From positions 42,098 through 106,097 of the forward strand of contig CAYLXA010000009.1 in assembly GCA_964387845.1 (NCBI GenBank): a stretch of DNA of 64,000 bases, read 5' to 3'. A program made the position numbers and the translations under genes. Below are positions 29,101 through 38,100 of this stretch, piece by piece. The notes below the pieces were generated by a model. It made no database searches and was not told where the DNA came from. It saw nothing but the letters and a program-made list of their open reading frames with translations. The DNA is from an uncultured bacterium (GTDB lineage: Bacteria; Omnitrophota; Omnitrophia; Omnitrophales; Abzuiibacteriaceae). The stretch's first letter is position 1. Each line of letters opens with the position of its first letter.

Positions 29101-32100
29101 AACGGCTGATCTTTGTCTAAAAGCATGGCGAGCCTTTTTCGGGCCGGCAAATAATGATGCTTGTGGCAAAGCGGGCAAACGCCGTGGTTGGCGTGAAGCG
29201 CTTCCTCGTAAATCGAATCAGGATCATCAAAGGCATCTCTGCTTTTTGGAAACTTTGGATCATGTTTGGATTTCAAAATAGCGGATTCGAGTTTTGCTAA
29301 ATAATTGGTATCAAATTCACCGTTGATAAAACTCGGCATGACAGCCAGCTGCTTATATAGAAGGAGGGTTGTTTTGATGGGCGTTCCGTTTAACTGACCC
29401 TTGATCTCAAATTGATCCAGCGCTTCCTTTAACCGCTCAATAGCTTCGGTTCGGGTTTTTGCCCGGATGGTGAGCGTGGCAAGGCTCGAACTTCTGCTGA
29501 TATGAATCTTATCTCCCTCCTTGATATGAAGTTGGATGTCCACGCCATTCCCGGCAGGAGGCAAGGCTATCTTTTCAATAACCGCTTCCGGATATTTTGA
29601 AAAATCATGGGCGAAATCCTCGGCAAAAACCGACAGTTTGATCGTGTGATCCTGTGATTTGATATCCGGCTGCAATTTTATATCCGGAAGAGATTGTCCG
29701 CCCGCAATTGCGATCTGAAGCTGAATCAAATCAACGGGTTTTCCATCCTGATTGACAAATTCTCGGTTATCGATATTTCGGTTGATATCCAGAAAATAAA
29801 TTTCGCCGGATTGGGTCATCAGAAATTCCATTGTGCCAACGGTCTGATACATCAAGCCGTCTTTGCGCAAACCGGCCAGGATTGTCCGGACAGCGGACCT
29901 GATTTCCTCATCTTTATCCTGCGACATCAAGGCAGGCGGGGTTTCCTCGATTAATTTTTGATAACGGCGCTGAATAGTACCGTCCTGAAACGGCCAAATC
30001 GAGACATTGCCGAACTGGTCGGCTGCAAACTGAACTTCAATGTGCCGCACCTCCGGAACCAGCTTTTCTATGAAAAGGCCGTCATGCCTGAAATGATAAA
30101 CAGCGTTGCGTGCCAATTCGTTAAATATGCGCCGCATTTCATCTTGGTTTTGTACAAGGCCCAAAAGCCGGTCAACACCGCCAACCGCGGATTTCACCAA
30201 AACCGGATACCCCAGCTCGCCTGCCGCCCGGATTGCCTCCAAAGGCCCATCGACGGTAAATTCCGAGGACGGCGGCACTTTGATTCCATATCGCTGAATA
30301 CGCTCTTTAATGGTTTCCGGATTCTTGCCTTCGGACTTAAGAGGATGAATCCGTACCGCGCTGACGGTTTGATGATCGGGGCCGATAACTCTGATATTTG
30401 CTTCTTTTGCGGCACTGATCAATTCCGGTGTTTCCGACAAAACACCAAATCCCGGATGAATGACATCCGCCTTGGCCTGCTTGGCGGCATCTAAAATTCC
30501 GCGGATATTGAATGCCTTGTTCTGGATCCTGGTAATTTGTATTTTTTCATCCGCCAGGCTTAAAACTTTCTTCTGTGCGTCCAAATCGGTATACAAAATA
30601 ACGGTTTTAATGCCCATGGCTTTTGCTGCTTTAATCACGCGTTCTGCTAAGCGATCCACGAATGCGATGACCATTGTCCGAATTTCTAAAGATTTAACGC
30701 TTTTTGCGGCTCTTAACTCGCTCCGGGATCCTGTTTTTCCGGGTTTTGCTTTCAAAAACAGCCAATCCATTAAGAAATGATCTTTTTCATGTCCCTTGAG
30801 CACGCCTTTAAAAGCGCGTGTAATGATTTCTTTTCGGATTGTTTGAATTTCAGCTTCTGATCCGATCACTTCCGGCAAAATCGCCTCCGCCAAGGGAGCT
30901 GCTGTGAAAAACTGGATAAGATCTTGGCGGGTTGTTTGAACGGGGTCAAATTTTAGGGTTTCGACCGAAAGTCCGGCTGATTCTAAAGCCTTCGTATAAA
31001 ATTCAAGCGGGCGGTGAGCGGGAAAAACCTTTTGAAATTGGCCCGCATGGCCGTTCGTGGTCAAGTTCCGGTGATTGCTGTATTGGCCATCTGAACTCAG
31101 AATCTCAAGCGCCCTCGCGCGGACCTGGATCAATAGGTTTTCAAAACCTTCTACGCCAATTTCGCGGTCATTTCTTAAAATGCCGGGTGTTGATAACACA
31201 AGTTTACCATCCGGATGAAGTGTTTTGGCAATTCCCTCAAAGACATGCGCAATCTGGTTGACAGCAACCGTATGAATCAGATTAGGCGCATACACGAGAT
31301 CTATCAAACCTCTGGAAGCAGGGCCGAGTGCCTCGAAAATATTTTGATGCCCATTTCCCTCGGTTAATTTCTCAAGGAGATAGACGCGTAAATTGGGATA
31401 TAAGTCCTTCGGAAGAAGTTTGATTAGGTGACGCAAAAATGATTTTGATATATCCGCTGCAATCACTTGCGCATTGATACCGGCAAGTTTCAATAGACGC
31501 GCGGTCCCATTCCCGGTTCCTGCGCCGAGATGAACAATTTTTTGAATCCCGGGCATGCCCTCTTGGCGTTTAAGGCCCGCGATCCTTTCTGTTTTATCCA
31601 GCGACAATTGATACATGTCGGTTTCGGTCGATCGGAAAAATTCCCTCGCTGCTTGTGATGGTTCCTTTCCATCTCCTTGCCACGGCGGATTGAATAAATT
31701 GCGCAGTTCAGATTTAACGCTCTGAATCAAGCCCTGCCGGCCGTCTTTTGAATCAGCTAGTATTTGAATATATTCCAGTGCTTGATGCAGTTCTCCGGTG
31801 TGATGACTAGGATCGAAAATCTGATCAACGCCCAAATATTTTAGATAAGGGCCTTCATCTTCAGTGATGCCGCCTACAATTACTTTGATCCGATCTTTGG
31901 CGCCGTATTGATCCAATTCATTCATTAAATCGCGTACAAAATGAAGCCGCGCACCCGAAAGGCTTGAAATTCCAATGATGTCGGCGTTTTCATCAACTGC
32001 GGCACGTGCAATCATGGCAGGTGTTTGACGAAGCCCCGCATAAATGACTTCGAGCCCGGCATTTTTAAACGCGGCGGAAACCAAATTGATGCCGCGGTCA

Positions 32101-35100
32101 TGGCCGTCTAAGCCCGGTTTTGCCATTAAAATGCGGACGGGCACTTTGCTTTCGATTTTCCGGATCGGCGCTTGCCGGCTCGTTTTAGACGGAAATACGC
32201 TCTTTTTAAAATCACCAAATACGCCGCGCACGGCATCCATCATTTCACCGACGGTTGCTTCCGCGAGCGCGGCTTTAATAAAGTAAGGCATCACATTTTC
32301 ATTCTCTTCAGCTGCTTTTGTAATCTCGGCCAAGGCTTTCCGTACTTTTTCATTGTCGCGTGTTTGTTTCAGTTTTTCTAAATTACCCAAAACTTCGGCG
32401 CGGCGTTCCTCGTAAGATCCCATCCGCTCACGCAGCATTTCTTCGGTAATGTCAACTTTTTCCGCTTTTTCTTCCCTTACCCCTTGCCCCTTGCCCTTTA
32501 ATCCTTGTTTGGTGAGTCTTTCTTCCCGCAGCATTCCTTTTTTGGTCACTTCATCCTGAATGGCGTCGCGCATGTACTGCTCGACCGCTTCCTGGCCTTC
32601 GGTTTCATTTAATTGAATCAAAAATTGAATCAGCGCCGCGGCTTGATTGATAATTTCATCCGTGTATTTTTCAAGCAAATAACTGCCGCCGTTCGGATCC
32701 ACTTGCTTGTCTGCGATTTGCTTTAAAATTTCATGGCTTCTCAGCGCGACTTTTGCGGCATGTTCGGATGGCAGGCGCCTGTTCTCATCGTAACTATCCA
32801 AATGAAGCGTTTGCGTGCCGCCGTCAACCGCAACCAGGCCTTCCGCCAAAATGCGGGCGATATTGGCCGGCTCATCCACCCCTTCCGGATCTCCTTTTAA
32901 AGGAACGCCTGAAGTCTGTGTGTGTACCCGGAACATCAGCGCTTTATTTTTATTTTCATCGCGTGCTTTCAAAATATGGCGGGCAATAATAGCCCACAGT
33001 TCGCGCGCAGCGCGGAACTTGGCGGTTTCGTAGGTTTTGGTTTCGCCGGTTTCGTCCATCAAAAGCGAATCAAAGAAAAATGAAAATTGCTCGAGCACCT
33101 GATTCACGGTCACTTGGCTTCCCGGGCGCTGATTTTTGAAGAAATTCTGCGCATACAAAATCGCGTTCATCAGCGTAAACGCAACTTCCTGAACGGCCGA
33201 TGAGCCGGCTTCGCGCATGTGATAACCGCTGATTGAAATCGTGTTGAACCTCGAACCTGCGAAATACTCGAACATATCGTTTGCGAGACGCATGGAGCCC
33301 TTCGCTGAAATACCGTAATTGTTGCGCGTGGTTCTTTCTTTGTTGTTGTCGTTTTGGACAGTGCCGCGGAGTGTTTTCTTGGCGAGTTCGATTGCTTCGG
33401 CTTCTGACAAACTGCTGTCTTTCTGCATGAGCCGTTTCGTGCCGAGTGCGATATACATCGCCAAAATCGGCCCTGCGGATGCGTTGATCGTCATCGAAGT
33501 GGAAACTTCGCCGTCTGTGATGTCGATTCCGTCAAAAATGGTTTCCATGTCGCGGATCGAATCGACCGGTGCGCCCTCGGTTCCGATGTTGTAAATCGCG
33601 CGCGGGTCATCGGAATCAATGCCGACTTGCGTCGCGTTCTGAAACGCCAGACTGAATGCTTTGAATCCTCTTTCTAAAAACAGGCGGAATCTTTCGTTGG
33701 TTTCACGTGCCGTGCTGTAACCCGCATACTGCCGCGGCGTGACAGATTTGTAAGTCGCAAATGCGCCCCGGCGGAACGGATATTGGCCCGGCACCTGAAC
33801 GGCCGGTACATCGCCGAAATCAAAAATGCGCGGCACCGGCTGCGCTTCGTTGGGGTCTAAAAGCCCGATGCTGTAGATCGATTCGCCGCGCTCACGGAGG
33901 AACTTGGACATTTCATGATCGGGATCCTCGGGTTCAATGAATTCAATAACACCTAGGTTTTCCGGCAGTTCCAAGACCGCTATTTTTAGTTTTGCATCTT
34001 TATCTTCATATATAGGAAGGCCGAATGACGCCGCGCTGGAAACAGGAATCATGATGCTGACGCGTTCTTTGGCAATACTTTTTAACCTGTCGTCCTGAAG
34101 CCAGCTCTCCCTGGCTTTCTGAATCATGGGCTCCGCAATTTTTGAAATTTCTCCGGCAATCACCTTTTGATGGTGTGTCTCCCGGAGGATTTGCACCAAA
34201 TACGGAACCGATTGCTGAACGGTGATAAGCTCTTTCTCGGCAAGTTTTCTTTTAGTGGTCGGTTTTGTTTTTTGATTCAAATGAGCCAAATGCGCCGATA
34301 TCCGGAGTAAAAGTTCTGAAAATCCTTTTTGTTTTTCGCCGGTTGAAACGGTTTGAACCGCAAGCGGCTGCCATCCGTCTTCACGCGCAGGCTGTGTTGA
34401 AAGACCGGCTTCGAGGTCGTGAATGGCGACAAACGCGCGTTCCGTGTCCGCCTGGTTTAATACCGCAATATCGGGCGTTTCCATGGAACCTGCTTTCATG
34501 GTCTGAATTTCACCCAGATAAGCGGGACTTAAAGTCAAAAGAAGCGTGTCGGAAACTTTCCTGATTTCATCCTGAGTTTGGCCGGCGCCTTCGGTTTCGA
34601 TCAAAACAACATCCACGCCCATGTGGTCCATTAATTTGGCAACTTCATCCGTCGTTTTGGCAATGCCGCCTTGGCCGTCGCGCAAACTGACGCTTCGGAT
34701 CATGACGCCCGTGTCATCCGCCAAATTACCCATGCGGTACCGGTCTACGAGAAATGCCCCGCCCGAAGAGTCTGATGACGGGTCTACGCTGACGATTCCA
34801 ACCCGAAGACCCGTTCGCCTGATTTCGCCGGCAAGGTTTGCGATAAATGAACTTTTACCGACTCCGGGCGGCCCCGTGATTCCGATCCGGTAAGAATTGC
34901 GCGGCAGTTTTTGAATTTCAGAAACAACAACCGGCCGGATTTCTTCACCGGTACTTTCCATAAAAGTCATGAGCCGCGCAGCGGCGCGATGATCGCCTTG
35001 CTTGACCAAATTTAACAACTGACGGGTTTCCCACCAGATCAGCGGCATTGTGATACCGGATTTTCCGGAAGCGGCAATAACCCTTCTTTTAGCCGAAAAC

Positions 35101-38100
35101 TTTTCGAGATAATCCGCTAAATTTTTCTCATCCAAAATCCTGCCGGCAGGTTTATTTTCAAAAACCTGATAAATTACATCACCGTCAGATTGGCCGCCAT
35201 AAACAACAACTGCGCGGTCTTTCAAACTCGAAACTTCATGCGCAAGGAGGCCCTTCAGCTGCATGTCTTCTTCTGATTGGGGATCCAAATACACGATATC
35301 CGCATCTTCATCAATCGCGGCGCGCGCGATATGACGCGCTGCTTCCGGATTTTCCGATGTTTCCCGGACATAAATCACTTCGAAACCCTTTGAGCGGAAA
35401 AACTCCGCGGCAGCTAATGAACGATTTTTATCTCCAAGTTCCACGACCAGCGCGCGCCCTTTCGCCAATTTAAATTCCGAAGCAGGGCCCGCTGCCGGCT
35501 TGGAATGTACTTTTAAAAATTCTCCGTGCCGGCTGACGGCATCAATGAGTTCCGAAATTCCTTTGCCTTCGCCCTCAATCGCGACCGTTTCAATCACAGG
35601 CGGCATCCATTCGTCTTTCGCTTGAGGTTTTTGGAAAACGCGCTTTGCAATTTCCGCCGTTTCGCGGGCACCTTTTCGGTCGGCTTTATTGACAACCAGC
35701 ACATCCGCAACGGTCAAGTAGCTGTCCTTGCTGAGCGTTAAAATATCGCCTGACTCGGGCGGAATCGCAGCCACCATGGTATCCGTAATTTTCCGGATTT
35801 CTTTTTGGGATTGGCCGACACCTTCGGTTTCGATGAAAACAAAATCCTTTGGAGTTCCGGAATCAACTCCGTAAATATCAAACACTTTTGCGACTTGTTC
35901 GGTTGTTTTTGCAATGCCGCCAACGCCGCCGCGCGTCGCCATGCTCCTGTAAAATACATTTTCATCCGTCAGCAGTTCGCGGGAAAGCCGCATTCTGTCC
36001 GCCAAAATTGCGCCGCCCGTAACGGGGCTTGTGGGATCAATCGCGATCGCCGCAATGCGTTTTCCCTGCCGCCTGTATTGTACGATCATGTCTTCGACCA
36101 GCGTGCTTTTGCCCACACCGACCGCGCCTGTGACGCCGATTCGGCGCGGTTTTTGCTCGATATGAATGGCGTCCAATTTTTGATGAATCAATTCCGCAAC
36201 TTCACCGCCGTTTTCAATGAATGAAATCAACTCACCGGCTGCATGGTCATCGCCCGCGCGGACTTTTGAAATGAGCGTATCCACTTCGGCGTTTCGAAGT
36301 TCGGAACGCGAAGTCAAGGTTTGTGCCGCCAACCGGGCAAGCTTTTGGCTGTCCTCGCGGCGGCCACGTGACCCGACCCAAACCGCGATTCCGACCGGAA
36401 TCATAACAAAAAACATTGAAGTTCCAAGCGCATAAAACAGGCCGATTACTTTTTTCTGGAACAAAAAGTCTTCGTATGCATCCCCTAAGATTAGCTGCTG
36501 AAGATTTTCACCGTTTGCAAATAGAAATTCGGGCCTTTCGCTCAACACGGTATCGCGAAGGCGCATGACGTCCATGCTCGCATCATTGCGGACGATTAAA
36601 TAAGCGAAGTCGCGCCCGTCTGTTCCTGCTTGGATATCAATGCGGATAATTTTGTCGTTGATGTCCGGTAAAGATTTAATGCTCGAAAAGGAAAGGGCTT
36701 CTTTTATCCTGTCCTGCAAATACGCATTGTTGCCGAATTTTCCGCCCAATTGATCGTTGATCACAATCGGCAAGTCGGTACCTTTCGCTTCTTTAAGCGC
36801 ACGCTCGGCGGCGCGGACCGGATCCATATACCAAAAATAGGCCGCACTTGAGATCGGAAGCACAACAACCATCGCGATGAGGAACGACAGCAGTTTGTGC
36901 TTCGAAATCCAGCGCGGATATTGGCGGTACCAAACTCTCTGCTTTTTATCGATTCTATGAACCTTGCGCAGATAATCGAGAACCTTCGCCTCAAATAAAG
37001 AATATTTCTTCGGTAAATTTAGGTCAGTTGGCTGAGTTTGATCAGTCACCTTGCTTGTAACGTAACCGCTTGGTTTCAGAAAACCTTTTTCCCTAAGGTG
37101 GTTATAAATTTTCTCGGATTCCGTTTCGTTAAGCCAGGTTAAAGTGGGGCCATCGGACAAATAGGTAATTGCCGATCGGCTGGCGGCATCATCGTTATCC
37201 GGCGTTAGGTTGGCAAAATCACCGGCATGAACTCTTGCCCGCAGCTCTGAGCGCGAAGAATCTGCTTCTTTGTTCCTCGGTTTTGGTTTTAAAGAACTGA
37301 CGATACTTAGAGTTTCCAGTTCCTTCATGACATTGACGGTAAAAATAACGGAAACAGCGACTGTGATCATGGCGCCCGCAGTTAAAAGAGTAGGCACAGC
37401 AATCCACCAAGGCAATATTTGACCATCTAAAAGCGGATTCTTGGACTTGTCTCCCGTTCTCAACTCCGACCTGGCTTCCCTTTGAAGGAAAGTCGTTAAG
37501 CTCATCATAGCGGGCAGGCCCGATTCAGGCTTCGGAAATGGTTTAGCATCCCTCGTACGCACACCGGAAAGAGCCGCAATTAAGCGATACTCGGTATAAG
37601 GCATGATGGTTTGTGAAATCCAATGGGTGCCCCAATAAGCGGAGGCCGGCACTTGAGCGGCTTTGTTAACTGCCGTCACCGGATCATCTGAAGACAAGAA
37701 AACATCAGGGTCGGCGGTATGAAGTTCAAGCAAAATTAAGCCGTGATTAATATATTTTTCCCAGCGCTGGAAAAATTTGATAAGGTCGGCCGCCGCTACA
37801 ACCGCGGGCACTAATTTTCCTTTATCAGAATAGGAAGTCCTGAATCGTGTAGCGATTAACTCGCTCAAGTCATCAAGATTTTCAGGCAAGGGCTGTATGT
37901 TAAGAATGCTCTGAAGAAGCGCTCTGTCTGTTTTCAAGACAGCTTCTTTAAGAATCTCTCTTGCTTCGTCTATACTTTTAATTTTCAGCTTTCTTTCGTG
38001 AGGCAAAACCATCTGCATATGCAGAAGATCCCGGGCGCCGACCGGGCGGTTCATCCGCAATTCGCGGTCATAAATAACCATACGCCTGTCCGCCATGCTC

